Of a stretch of DNA of 64,000 nucleotides, positions 1 to 13,737 are shown one piece after another. The first letter of the stretch is position 1, and each line of letters begins with the position of its first letter. The translations under genes were made by a program, and so were the position numbers. The notes beneath the pieces were generated by a model. That model was given only the letters and a program-made list of their open reading frames with translations, was not told the origin of the DNA and ran no database searches. Source of the stretch: Azolla caroliniana (Eukaryota; Plantae; Polypodiophyta). Where the stretch lies: NCBI GenBank assembly GCA_043228905.1, contig JBHGNT010000009.1:2790001-2854000 (forward strand), given 5' to 3'.

Positions 1-189
1 TTAGGTCACAGCTCTGAGGAAGGTAACAACAGAGTATGTCTGCATTTAATTCATTAGATCATAGCTTGTAGGGGAGGAGGAGATGGTCTATCAGTCTACA
101 TGTATTAAAGATGAATGTATGTATGTATATATAATATGTGTGTGCATGTATGTAACATGCTATGCATGCATGCATATGTATATGTATAT

Positions 190-292
190 GTATTTTGTAT
201 TTTGTATTTTGTATTTTGTATTTTGTATTTTGTATTTTGTATTTTGTATTTTGTATTTTGTATTTTGTATTTTGTATTTTGTATTCGTATTT
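190..292. repeat. (TATTTTG)n heptamer minisatellite following a (TA/TG)-rich tract
   Basis: Directly visible tandem array; it explains the spurious FVFCILY ORFs at 83-346 and 115-303. Confidence 0.95.
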
Positions 293-309
293 GTATTATG
301 TAGAGAGCT

Positions 310-985
310 AGATAGAAAGAAAGAAAGATATATTAACGTCCTCTAAGACCAAAATTGGCCCATGAGACCAAAAAAAATGGGGTATTTACCCATTCATGGA
401 GAGAGCAATCATTTGTCCACCCACTCTCACTCACACACACACGTGGTAGAAGAGAGGAGGAGAGAGGTGATGCTTGTCATGAATATGCCCAAAATCTCCC
501 CCACCCCACCAATGTCAGGGTGTGCCCATCTTCTTTCTTTCTACACAAAGCACACATGTTGCCCCTATACAATGCGTGGGCCGCCAAAGTGTGTGCATAA
601 TGAGAAGACGAAGAAGAGGAAGGCGTGATCGCACCGCCTCTGAAGAGGCCAACGTAATGTAACCCACGTATCAGAGATGCGAACAATATAACATCCTATA
701 GTTGGTTTGCTTGTTCGAGATATGAAATTTAAGAAATGTTATATAGAGGTAAAATGACTAATAGAACATACTAACTATAATTACAATTGTTGTATAGTTT
801 CACTTATGCACACCATCTATAGTTCATATTGATATACATAGATATATAGCCCCATCAATATACATCACCTAAATGTGAGAGAGAGAGAGAGAAAGAAAGA
901 AAGATATATTTACGTTTTCTAAGGCCAAAATTGGCCCATGAGACAATTGGTTTACAACAAAATGGGATATTTACCCATTCATCGA
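310..985 (-). mobile_element. Two related retroelement (LINE/SINE) 3'-tail copies (about 310-400 and 890-985)
   Basis: Both read gaaagaaagatatatt.acgt..tctaag.ccaaaattggcccatgagac...ggg.tatttacccattcat. They share the stem-loop plus microsatellite tail architecture of the LINE ends at 8170 and 12075. Confidence 0.5.
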
Positions 986-1019
986 AAGTAAAAATAAACA
1001 TTTAAAACTTGCCATAACA

Positions 1020-2450
1020 TAAGAACAAGCACGATGTAATATATGTTTTAATTTAATTATGCACCCCTTTGTTGCCACCAAAAATCCATGGTCTTTGGAG
1101 TGTCATCCATTCTCTCTCTTAATTCACTCACGTAATTATCCCCTTTACCCTAGGTCTATGTCCAAACCATCTTGTCCATATTGTGGCTATAATGGACTCC
1201 TCGGTTGTCCTGAACTAACTTATAAGACCACTTTTATAATGTAGTATGGTCTTCTTAGGATTAGAGTTTTATTTATTATCTCATGCATCCATATAGAGCA
1301 AGGGCATTTATCATAGTCATCCTACATTTAAGAATTCTTATTTCAATTGGTCATCCATGGTGCATTGAGCCATACTAACATTCAATAAAGCTATCGTAGA
1401 ATAAGTTGTTGTCGTAAACAATGTGATAGCTCCTAGAGACATTTCCTTGTTAACAAAGGTGGCATTCAAAATGACAGGTGGTCATTTTGCTAGCCATCAT
1501 CCATTATATATATAAAAAATTGTATCACTATTTTCTACTTGTATCACGATTATTTTTTATTTGTATAACAATTTTCAACTTATATTCTATTGTTGGATAA
1601 TGATTTGGAAATGTTTAGTCTACACATTATGTGGAGCATGATGATAGTAGGTTAATGTACACAAAAAGTCCACAAAGAGACAGAGACAACGAATCCCCAC
1701 TCCATTCATCTATGTCTACACTTTTGAACATTAGGTTCTAAATGTGAGACAAGTTGGCGCCATATAAAAAACATTAAGGGGTCTTAAGATTATCCACAGT
1801 GTTTACAAAAACGGAAATTTTCAATTCATGTTACCACTACGAAAATTGATAGCCTAGTCCCATCATCTAGGCTCTATTGATGTCTTAGTTAGAGGTGCTC
1901 ATTACAACTATCTAATCAACGTTGCCCCATTTATCAAAGTCTTTATTTAAGAAAGCTAGTATATTTCAATATAACCCAATTGTTCAGTTGCTCACATTTC
2001 TATATAAAACTACGAGCAAGTTTCAACATCGTAAGACATCTAGTTACCATCATACGAATGGAAGGAATAATGGTTTGTCTTTTTTCTTCATCATCCAAAT
2101 GAAATAGTTTTCAATGTTAGTACTTAACTAGCTAAAGCAAAACCAATAAGTTACTTTGGCTTAGTAGTAAAGACAACAAATAAACATCACAAAATTTGTT
2201 GAAGCTTTGGGGAATATAGTTCACATTTGATTGCAAATATTATTTATCTGGAGAACAAATCCATATTTGATTGCAAAGTCTCTATTAGACTGTCAAACCA
2301 AGAATTGTTTAGATAGGCAAATATGGAAGTGCCCATAGTTGTGGCCATTAAAAAGAATATATGGCAATGGAAGGGGTAATACCAAACTTGAGTTCCAACA
2401 ATAATATAGCTGAACTACTAGCCCCCTAAGGATCTTTATATCAAGTTAAT
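1020..2450 (-). mobile_element. Highly decayed LINE reverse-transcriptase remnant
   Basis: Minus-strand peptide GDSLSLSLCGLFV at about 1660-1700 resembles the LINE RT motif QGDPLSPxLF; many stops; boundaries uncertain. Confidence 0.3.
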
Positions 2451-3462
2451 AATGTTTACTATCACATGGTGCAATCAACGCCCTAACCATAGTATGTAAT
2501 TCACATGTAATGAAATATGTTTCATTTCAAACGGTCAATACTAGAAGTTCCACTATTTAACAACGGCACCACCCACAGAAATAAAAGCACAATAAGGGTG
2601 GGATGGGCTTTTTGCACAGCTCCTTTGATTTTCGTTTATATTTTGACCTTTTATTTAACCCACTTTATTGTTTCCAACGGTTTTACGTGCATACTGTACG
2701 CAATAATGATCAACCTCAAAAACTATGAGCACACCAAACATCATATCAAACAAATATTTGTTATGGAATACCACCACAATGAAATGTAAAACAAATATAT
2801 AATGAAAGCAAGATTAAACTGGTTCCACAAATAATAACATAACAGTTGACTGACGACTAGCATGCATAAGCATTAACACAACACCGTTATTATTTACAAG
2901 ATAAGCTCATCGATGCATTAAGAAAAGTGTGGAAGCTGTAGATTTTGCGAGACTACAATACCAAGTTTGATAGGGTTCCTATCCTTAAGAAAATTTTCTA
3001 TAAACTAGCATGTCAAGAAATGAGCTAACGATAGGAACAAGACGCAAAATAGTGATAAACTGCAATAATAACATAAAATTAGAATGATAGGTTTCATATG
3101 TAATCATGTGTAGTGTACTCAGAATATGCTCAATCTTCACAAAAGCTCGAAAATTAGAATGACAGGTTTCATATATAATCATGTCTCATGTAGTCAGAAT
3201 ATGCTAGATGACACTCTTCACAAAAGTTAGAGAATAGTGTCATGGCTAATAATACTGTATTAAGTATTAATTACACACTCTTCACAAATGTTTATGGTGG
3301 ATTTTTTTGTCCGAAAACAAATGTGATGGATAAGATAGCAATGCTACAGAGTCTATAAGGCTATGACATACTATGAATGGACCTCATCAGCAACGCCTCT
3401 AAAGAAATAAATAAATAATATACAGAGCTGATACATGTCAAGACAAGTTTCGTTTCTCTCAC

Positions 3463-5220
3463 TCATGATTCCTCGTAGTAGTCACCCTTGAAGTACGATT
3501 GGTAGACTTGTAAGAGATATGACGCTCTGTTCCGTACCTAAAAGTACAGTGGAATATCATTAAGTCATTCATAATAGTGTTGTATATTCCCAATCCCAAG
3601 TCACTCTACACCTAAACATATAAATACAATGAGACTTTAACACACACCTTTGTAGCATATGGTCTCCAGTCAGTACTTGAGATTTGGAAAGAGCATGATT
3701 TCAAGAAAAGGATCCAGGAATCCAATGCCACTTTATCAGCCTCAAACTCAGCACGTGACCAAAACCAAACATCCGCCATTGACATCTGAAGATATAGTTT
3801 ATCATAACCTCCGTTTTTCCTCTTAATGTCAGTCTCCTGGAAGACTGATAGTATATCCCAGACACCACAAGAGAATGTCTGTAGCAGACAGACAAGAAAA
3901 ATAAATACTAAAGGAACTATGTGAAAGCATTGCCTTTATACAGTAAATGTCTACACCAATTCTATCTATGCCAGTTATTGTTTGTTTGTGGATTCCGAAG
4001 CCCAGATTAATAAAACTCTTTAAGCTTAAACATATAAACGTGCTGGTGTAGTTGTAAGGCTTTTCTTTCACAACCTTAAGATTGTGGGTTCACGCCTCTT
4101 TAAATGAATCCGTTTGGTGTTACTTTGGGATAATTCAATACAAAAGTACTTCATGAATTCACTCTCCAAAACCTCCAATTAGAATTAAGTATCATAATGT
4201 AGGAAATTCTATACTGTGAACTAGATCACCTAACCAATTCAATGAAAATGAAGATATACCTGAACATTAGTTATCTTGAAGAAGAAATGAATAGCGACAG
4301 TGCTTTGAAGAATGTTCAACCGAACTTCTTTACTACCCAAAGCATGTGTCAACTTCACACAGTTGACAACTTGTCTCTCCTTCCTATATCAAATTATGAA
4401 GGAAAAATTTGGATATCATACTAGAGACAATTGAACGTAACAAAAACATTTGCCAAGCTCAATACCTTGTCAAGTCTCTCGCTATTTTTTCGCATGAGTT
4501 TGCCCATTCATTCTCTGTAAGAGATTGAAGCATACCATTTAAGCACTCCTTTATCAACATACTGAATTTCAGAATGTTACGATCCAATAAGAATGTAGCT
4601 ACCACCACCACAAGGTCTTGAATATCTCCCTCTGAGTAAGACAAGTGTAAGTCCGTCCTATGAACAAAATGACTGAACATCAATAATTATGAAGGCAACC
4701 TCTATCTAGATAAGTTACAACAGAGATTCAATACCTCTTCTTAAACATCATTGTCAAAAAACATAAAAAAGATTCAAAGTTTTGAGGCGGGCCCTTCACG
4801 ACCCTTTTAGATCCTGTCAAAAAAATGTGATTTCATAAAGGATTACCACAAGGGTTTCCTAAACAGAAGCAAACAGAGTAGAGAGATTCCTGAATCATGA
4901 GCATTCAAAATTCACGAACCTTTTATTTGATTTTTAGGTGTTACAGATCCAACATGTCCATAGTCCTCAAGAATTCCGATGATTGATTTGCAGGTCGGGA
5001 GCCAAGACAATTCTGGAATCTCTTTCTGATGGTTATGTAAGATATTAATGATGCTTCATATCCTAGTAAGAAGTACAACTGTGGTAGCATGAACACTGAA
5101 AAATACCTGTAAATTATCACAGAGAAAGTGACAAGCAGATCTCTCCACATTCTTATCATCAGTGTATATCACTGCCAACATAACAACAATATAAGATAAA
5201 ATGCTTTGAAATTATATTCA

Positions 5221-5261
<41 letters not shown>

Positions 5262-7755
5262 GCATGTGTGTCTTTGTGTGCTTATATGCAGGATCAGCAA
5301 AAATATATCAGCGTACTTGTTTGGAATATCCAGTGCATGATATCACTATCAAGCTTAAATCTAAATGGCTTAATCCATCCATTCACTAGAAGTTCTCTCA
5401 CAAGAGTCTCAGCAGTCTGCTCTGTAACAACATCAGAAGCAAGCCTTTAGAGTCTCAGCTTTCTGCTCTGTAACATCAAAGATAATTACTAAAACCAACA
5501 AAAACAGAGAAGCAAATACACATACACAATAAACAATCTGACATCTCCCACAAATATGTAAATCTCTCTGAATAAGGAGATTAGCAAAGATGTACTAGTT
5601 AAATTTCCAAGATGAACCTTCTTGTGCATTACATTGATAAATTAGCAAAGATGCTACAACTTGAATTACATTCAGTAAAATGTGTAGGTACGTTAATAAT
5701 GTATTTTTTTTCTGAGTAGATATATACACCAATATGTTAGATGTTAAGTTTCTCAGGAACAAATGACTATTATTTGTCAAAGAGATTAAAAGTTACTATT
5801 ATTAATCAATTAAATATTTATTGTGAGTGGCATAACAAATGGACCACACCAACTTCAGATGTCATGCTAAAAAATAAATACCTTACCACTCAAGGAATAT
5901 GGCACAATATTCCTGCCTTCCAATACTCCACACAATATATGCACACACAGTTCCATGTGAGGGATGTGCAACTATAAAATTAGCAAAGATGCTGCGCATC
6001 ATTAACTTGAATTAAAAAATTTAGCAAAATATGTGCAGGTATGTAACTATTATATTTTCCTAACTAAATATAATATTTTACGGATATGTTAGATGTTAAG
6101 TTTCTCAAGAACAAATAACAACGTTGTTTGCAAAGAGATTAAAAATTATAATTATTCAATTAAATATTTATGATAACTGGCATGAAAAATAGAGCTCACC
6201 AACTTCAGATATGTCATGCTAATAAATAAATACCTTACCACTCAAGGAATATGGCACAATATTCCTGCCTTCCAATACTCCACACAATATATGCACACAC
6301 AGTTCCATGTGAGGGATGTGCAACTATAAAATTAGCAAAGATGCTGCGCATCATTAACTTGAATTAAAAAATTTAGCAAAATATGTGCAGGTATGTAACT
6401 ATTAAATTTTCCTAACTAAATATAATATTTTACGGATATGTTAGATGTTAAGTTTCTCAAGAACAAATAACAACGTTGTTTGCAAAGAGATTAAAAATTA
6501 TAATTATTCAATTAAATATTTATGATAACTGGCATGAAAAATAGAGCTCACCAACTTCAGATATGTCATGCTAATAAATAAATAACATACAATTCAAGGA
6601 ATATGGCACAATTTCCTGCGGTTCAATACTCCACACGATATATGTACACACAGAGTTGCACATCCCTCTTACATTCCTTCACTTTGTCTCCGAATTTTAT
6701 TTCTTATAATGTGTATGCCCCCTCAATTCCATCATTTATTGTGATGCGCACGCATAAACATTTAGAGATTCAACTGTGATATGTGAAAGTTTACAATTCA
6801 TAATAAAATATGAGCCCACCATTTTCTGCTGCAGCCACCAAAAAATGTGCTGTTGTCTGTTGCTTTGCAGCGAGAAGAATGTCTATAATTGGGCTTTTTA
6901 TTTCTGAAGAAACAAAATTTTCTCTCCTCTGGTAGAAATAGCCAAAATTTTAGCACGTGACGAAGTCTACATTAAGAAAAGACTGAAAATTGAAAGACAT
7001 GGTAAGTACACACTTGAGCATAAAATACAGTCTCCCCCCATTTGGGAACTTCTACAATAGCTCCATTAGCATGTACCTACACATTGATAAGTGGAATGTA
7101 AACAATAACAATTAACAAGATATACTGATAATTGGAGGTAGATCAAAAAATGTTGGTATATCAACCACATTTAAAGAGGAATTTTTATTATACTAGCTTT
7201 GAAACTAGTAGTTTCTTCAGATTTTTTATTCATTGATGGCACAAATACACCATCATAAGATACCCATCTGTCAGTACCCTACTCACACTTCCAATGAAAA
7301 GAAAGCCATATGAATGTCTTTGGTTTCTGCAGCACCTTTATAAATCCAGAAGGAAGCTTGTACCATTTCTCACCTTTGAGTCTATAAAGTAAAATTTAAT
7401 TTGGAAATACAGTAGAACTTAAACAAAAAAAATTTAAAACATGGAACAATATAGCAACACTAATCGTGGTTCAAAGATTGTTTGAGACATAGGATATTAC
7501 CCCATAACTTCAGATTTAGTGATGCATACCTGCTTCTCACAGCAATGCACTAGATCCTCAAATTGGAGCTCCTTTTGAGTTTTGGCCTCAAACTCCTCAT
7601 CAGAGTCTTCTGAATCAGGGACAACCATTCTACAGCGCTTTGATTCTTGATCCAAAGTTTTCCTCCTCTCTTTGTAATGATCTTTCAAAAGATCATCTAT
7701 ATTACAAGCTTTGGAACGCCTCCAGAAAGGGGAAAAAACACTCAGATGATCAATT

Positions 7756-7798
<43 letters not shown>

Positions 7799-10344
7799 CG
7801 GGGAAACCATACACATTGATACATGTTAGAGCCCATCCCATTATCTGTCATTCGAACCATTGCTTCCATGCAACTTAGTTCACATGCATTGCGATGTGAG
7901 ACGGGGTGTTGGGGCACAAGTGATGAGAGTGGTCGACTATGCAAACTTTGCCCAAAACAAGTTCGAGAGCCTGAGTATCACACTTTGATACAATGCTCTG
8001 CCTTTGATCATATTAGACCATGCTTTGCACAAATCTTCGACCAAGCCCAATCCTTGCACGAATTTCTCTCACAACCACAATGTGCACTCTCGATTGCAAC
8101 ATTCATTGGTAAAGTTCTTGAATATCGAGAGTCGTTACTAACTTTCACATGTATAATGTGAAATGTAATATTTTTGGTCTCATAGGTCATATTTGATCTC
8201 CGAAGACAATAATAGAATCTATCTATCTCTTTCCCTCTCAACCAATGACTATGAAACTGCCACAAGTTTGAAAAACATGTTTTGGAATTGTAACAAATAT
8301 CCATGGAATAAAGGTTCATGATTAAGTGTAACCTAGGGTATAGAAATTATATTTTTGGTTGAAACGTGGGAACATGACGCCCAAGCTTATACCTAATTTT
8401 GATGGTTACATAATTAAATCAATGTGTTGGTTGTGGGAAATTCAATACTAGAGTTGGAACTTATTAAAATGGGGAATTTGATGATAATGTAATGGTTTCA
8501 GATTATGGTAGGCTTCTTGCAGATATGCTTAATTGCACAAACCTGAAGATTCTCAAACAAACCCATGAGCTCACGATGACAAATGTTTTGAGTGTTTCCC
8601 AGCTTCATGAGGAAGAAGTGTACTTGACTATGTATTGATGAACTAAAAGTGATGCATCCATCGTGAATACATTTAGAATTGCCACATTGTCACTCAACCC
8701 AGACCCAAACTCTTATAAGCACATTACAATCACAAACTCCTACATTGACCAATGCATAATGGTACAACAGGAAAAGAGAAAGAGGTACATTACGCAACCT
8801 TAATACAAAAAAGTTGTCATGAAACTCTCTCTTAGTAAAGATGTGAAAACAAATCGGAAGCAATTGAAAGATGCCATTCTCAAGCTGTACATGCACGAGG
8901 GAACAATGCCTCTGACATTGAGCATGGAAACCCCATATAATGCATGCGTGTTTATGATGTTAGGGGTAAAAAGATGCCTAATGACAAAGTAGGAGATGAG
9001 ACCTTAATGACAAGTGAAATCTTGAAATGGACAAGACCACCAACTCGCCAATGGAGGTTTTCCAGAAGATTGCCTAATGAATTGCATTAAACCAATCCAG
9101 AAGAGATCAAATTTGTTATCCAACTATCATGATAAGTTCAATTATGACCAAGTTATATAGCACTATCGTGGAACAAAGGATTAGTTCATGGGCACTTGGT
9201 CAAGCAAGCATTAGACCAAAACACTCCATTCGCTTGATCATTTGGTTACACTAAAGTGTAGTAATGGAAGAAGTCAACTTCAAGGGAAAACCCTATGCTG
9301 ATGTTTTGTAGAATTCAAGAATGCCTTTTACATTGTACATTTGTATAGGCAAGTAAGAGAGAACTTCGGAAAAGAATGATAGAGATCGGAATGTCATTAG
9401 CCCATAGAGCATTTGTAGCACAATTGTATAGGCAAGTCAGATGCCAATTGAAAATGGATAATGGCTTCTCAAAGTTCATGAGCAACATGCGGCACAAGCA
9501 AGGGTGTCCCGCTCTTTGGTCTATGCATTGATCATCGATTGCCAGAGTCAAGCTTGGAACAAAAGATGAAAGGTACAAAAATTATAAGATCTTAGCATTA
9601 CGAAATGGTTTAAAAGATGGTGAGTAGGAGATCCATTGGAACTCTCAAGTGATGTTATGTGATATGTGATCGTCAAGGATAGAGGTCAATAAAGGCACCA
9701 AGGGTGACATGGCATGATACTAAAATGTCAAATTTGGATATTACATTGAAAATGTTAACGCTCAATATTCGCCCCAATACAAGATAAAAATGTTAGAACG
9801 AATCCAACCGCATCTTACTATCCCCATGAGCCGTGGCTCTTGAAGAGTCCTAACATTCCTTTGAACTCACTGACACAAATTGATTGTTGGGGTAGCATCA
9901 TGGCATCAACACCCAAGTATAAGTATATGCAAGATATGCAATGATAAGCTAGTGGAGGATGAATATCACTTACTTCTGGCATGCTCAGCATATAAGGTAA
10001 TTGGCGAGAAGAATGATGACTTGTTAAACAGGCATGATAATTTAAGTGTCACACTCAATCTCCACCAAGAAGAGTGAGCACATATGTGTATGCATTATTT
10101 TCACATAGAAAGTTTTTGCGACATAGTAGTAACTTCCTTTCTTAGAAAGGAATCGCATACAAGATGATATATTAATTTGGTCCCATAGATTATAATTCGC
10201 CTCCTCATGGATGATAAAAAGTCCATTCTTATTCTATTTTTATTTACTTTTTTTACTTGGTTTGTTGTTCTCAAAGACGAGACAACATTTTAAGATGTAA
10301 TCTCTTGTTTGGTCCTAAGGCCATTCTAGCCTCTAAAAAGACAT

Positions 10345-10387
<43 letters not shown>

Positions 10388-12008
10388 AAAAGGCTCAAGG
10401 CAAACCTAATAAGACTAATGCCATGAAATTCCATACATCTGCAACTTGTCAACAAGCTTTTTCTTCACCCTATCAAGAGGGCAAGTTGAAGTAGTGGATT
10501 CCTATGTATGACTATGAGCTCCATTCCAAAGTAGAGCGTCCACTAGTAATGATGTTGTCACAAACTATGAGTACCAAGATATAAGGCAGAAGACCATACC
10601 ATCACTAAATAATGGGGATAGTTGTTCACTATACCCGATCCACATGAGGACATCTAGATGCACTTGTTAAACTTGTTATATTGTCATTTCACTGCACTAA
10701 CCAACTTTGGATGTGAAATCCAATCACCACTACTCTCATACAAATTAGCTATACACTTCATACTAGTAAAACTTCTCAAAAACCATTCTAACATATGACT
10801 TAAAATAATAGTATGGAGTGTAGGAAACCGAGAGCTTTTATTTTTGTTTTAGTATGGATGACATGAATTCCCCCATTATTTGTAATCATGATTTGTTTCA
10901 TAGGCTGATTTTCACCTCTAGTATGCGGTAATACATCTTCCTCCCCATAAAAGTCATATATACGTTAAAAAATATGTCAATACAAAAAACCTTAATTGTC
11001 CCTACTACAATAGCAAAAATCTAAGGTGTTACAAAACTAGCTCCCATAAAGGAAAATAAATCCGAGGATAAGGTGCCCACACACCTCAATTGCAAAAAAT
11101 GCCAAACCAATTTTTATTTTCAACTTATGTGCTTGTTGTGGTACTCCACAGAGATCAAGAAACAAGAACCCATTTCCCATACTCCAATCTTGTTATAAAC
11201 CCCAAAATCGAGGAAGTCAACACTACATTATACAATGAAGAGAGTAAATCTCTAGGTTCCTGATAATAAAAACTCACTTTTGCCAGCATAATGCCCTTGC
11301 CAGCCAAACAAACAGTTCCATCAGAATGGAAGATGAGATTTCCATATTGTGTCCAACCTTTGACACCACCATTGTTTACATTGTGTTGTGCCATGTAAGC
11401 AATATTTCACCAATAACCACAGTCTATCTTTAATTAACTTATGATAAAAGTTATTTATGTGGACATCGTGTCCATAGATACAAAAGAAAAACAATTGTTG
11501 TCTAATAACCATTATTTATATGGTTTATGTGCCACGAATTCATGACATAATGGTTATTACAAAACTAAGGTCTGCCAGAATAGGTAAAGCAGATAATGAT
11601 TGCAAAATATGATCATATCCGAGAGGTGTACAAAAGATGGTTCAAAGAGTCCTGAGGCACTAAAATGGAATTTGTTTCACAATTACCAACCCACGCGTCA
11701 CCATATGGTTGAGTTCAAACTTGAGACTTTCTTTTCCATCACAATGCAAGGGTCCTAAGGACTCCAGTAGCTCCGCTGGTAGAGAAAGACTATATTTTCT
11801 GCAGTCTGGAAGCTCTCTCTCTCTCTCTCTCTGTCTCTCTCATGGTGTCCCACTTATGTCTCACAAAAAAGAGTGAGAGAGGCACGGTAACTTACTTGTT
11901 ATGGTGGAGCTTGGAGACATGGTTTGCAAGGGAGGAAGAAGAGGGAGGAGGGCTGTCTTTAAGCCAGCTATCATCCTCGATCATGGCATCAAAATCATCG
12001 TAGGCCAT
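3463..12008 (-). CDS. Multi-exon conserved plant protein of the At2g28130-like family (annotated 'actin protein 2/3 complex subunit-like'; possibly SLF2/Nse6 CANIN-domain related)
   Basis: Spliced model: 12008-11896 (MAYDDFDAMIEDDSWL), 7719-7530 (NIDDLLKDHYKERRK), 7076-7014 (EVPKWGETVFYAQ), about 6929-6821, about 5426-5317 (RELLVNGWIK..WIFQ), about 5171-5107 (IYTDDKNVERSACHFL), further exons at 5070-3648 (CSFQISSTDWRPYATK), last exon about 3537-3463 (VRNRASYLLQ..EES*). The GLDDLL..WG..LLVNGW..SACDF..KVRxxAxYLLQ pattern is recalled from the family. Confidence 0.75.
5640..6660. repeat. About 352-bp tandem repeat, about 3 copies, intronic
   Basis: tcaaggaatatggcacaat occurs at 5890, 6242 and 6594 (period 352); the middle copies are nearly identical. 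Confidence 0.95.
7796..8230 (+). mobile_element. 5'-truncated LINE: ORF2 C-terminal zinc finger plus 3' tail, antisense in intron 1 of the host gene
   Basis: ORF 7823-8161 has SSHALRCETGCW..RLCKLC..VREPEYHTLIQC (CCHC knuckle of non-LTR ORF2). It is followed by a stem-loop tail and (atct)n and preceded by (CT)19. Confidence 0.8.
8340..10240 (+). mobile_element. Decayed LINE (RT fragments plus C-terminal zinc finger)
   Basis: Fragments IMISSIMTKLYSTIVEQRIS..ALGQASIRPKHS..DHLVTL..CFVEFKNAF..KQGCP at 9100-9520 and ICKICNDKLVEDEYHLLLAC at 9880-10077; frameshifts and stops present. Confidence 0.75.
10278..10386 (+). mobile_element. Ultra-short LINE 3'-tail insertion ending in (CT)n
   Basis: Matches the reverse complement of 12075-12160 and the copy at 54125-54200. 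Confidence 0.65.
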
Positions 12009-12039
12009 GATCAGCAAGCCGCAGAACAGATGGAAACGA

Positions 12040-13050
12040 TGAAGGAAGGAAGGAAGAAAGAAAGGAAGAAAGAAATATTAACGTTTTTTAAGAGGCCAAA
12101 ATGGCCTATATAAGCCCAAAGAAGAGATTGCTATCTTTTTAAGTGTTGTCAAGTGAGATTCTCAAAGTTAGATATATACATATTGTAGCTTTTGTCTTCG
12201 AAAGATCTCTAGCATAGTTCGATCCGAAATGGAAATGTCTCCGAAGCAAGGGAAGCACTTGCAATAGCGGCACATAATGGCTTTTATGTGTCGAGGTCGT
12301 GGTCCATGGGGTCGGGGCCTATGTGCATGGCAAATTGCTATTGCCCAATCAATTGTAACCCCTTTTGTGATGTCCTGGTCTGGAGCCCATTTGTGCATCC
12401 CGTGATTAACTTGTAGCATTAGTAAGAGTGATGGAGCTAAAGAAAGTTGTGATTGTTCTTTGCGGATGAGCTTGTGTGGTTGTATTCTTCAACAACTTTT
12501 CCCGATGTCTCTTAAGCTCTACCAAGAAAAGTCATAGGCACCGTTGGTCCTCATATTCCATTACCTTGCGTAGTGGGCCAAAGCCTTGTTTAAAGAGGCA
12601 ATGGTATCTCCCTTTGATTTCATACAAGACACTATAGTGACAAACATAGTTTTCTTCAGATTCCACTCCTTGATTACACAACTGGCAATTTCTCTCTTCT
12701 AGAGATAGTCGTGTATATCTGCCTACCTCAATTTGTAACTGATGTGATGAAGTTCACAACTGCCCTATCACACTACGCAGCGCATAGGATAGATGTATGT
12801 CTATATAAGGTGGCCTGATGATGAATCCACCTCCGATGTGTGTAAGAAGTGTGTCTTATAACGAGCCATCTTCGTACCAAGTGGTATTTTGGGGTTGATC
12901 CATGTTATCTTGTTTTCCAAGTTAATAATATCAGTTAGAATCACTTTATTCTTTTCCACTTTGGTCATATTTAGAAGGAAGCAAGGAAGATCTCTATTCC
13001 AACGTTAGTTGCTGCCACTATCTTCTATATTTTAGAGAGGAGAAAGAGAC
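12040..13050 (-). mobile_element. 5'-truncated LINE (ORF2 C-terminus, 3' UTR and (TTTC/TTCC)n tail)
   Basis: Minus frame [63 protein letters not shown]; homologous to 31495-31930 and 53010-53445. Confidence 0.85.
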
Positions 13051-13159
13051 AAGAAGAGGGGGGAGGAGTTTTGGTATATTCCAAAACATAGCCCTGTTGC
13101 CTCTACTCTCAAAGCATTCAAGTTCCCACCATTCCCAATCCATCCCTAACCTCAACATT

Positions 13160-13737
13160 AGCAATGGGCCTAGTTTCGGCTTAAACCAAACTGAGCCGTT
13201 AAACCATGGTTTAAAGGTTTATAAGTTCCAAAATAATTAAATGGTTAGGTTTGGTTTGAATTAATAATAAATGGTTCGGTTTCAGTTTGGTTTGGTTTTG
13301 AAACTAGGGTTTATAGGTTTTTGGGCTATCTTTTTTTATCCATTAAATGTTTATGTAATTTAATGGTTTAATTAATGTTTTCATTGGTTTAATTCACTTA
13401 ACTTAATTGTTTATTTAATCTAATGGCTCAATTAATCTTATTTATTTATTTATTTATTTTAACATAAATGCTTATTTAATTTTGTGTATTTTTATTTTAA
13501 TTAATTTTTTAATTAGCTTGGCTTAAATGTGGGTAGGTTTAAACTTTTTATTAAATGGTTTGGTTTGGTTTTAACTTTTCCCTAAATGGTTTTGGTTTAA
13601 ATGGTTTAGTTTACCTTTTTTATAAATGGTTTGGTTTAAATGTTCGAATGTTCATAAACGGATTGGTTTGGTTTTTGTTTTATATAAAGGGTTTGGTTTG
13701 GTTTGAAGGCACCGAAACCGAACCGGGCCTATCGCTG
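13160..13737. mobile_element. Non-autonomous hAT-like MITE with (GGTTT)-rich subterminal repeats
   Basis: Imperfect TIRs (agcaatgggcctagtttcgg / ccgaaccgggcctatcgctg), imperfect 8-bp TSD tcaacatt/tcaacgtt, AT-rich core. Confidence 0.6.

Noticed and set aside
10400-11750. Short minus-strand ORFs, possibly an L1 remnant
   Set aside because: No diagnostic motif could be recognised
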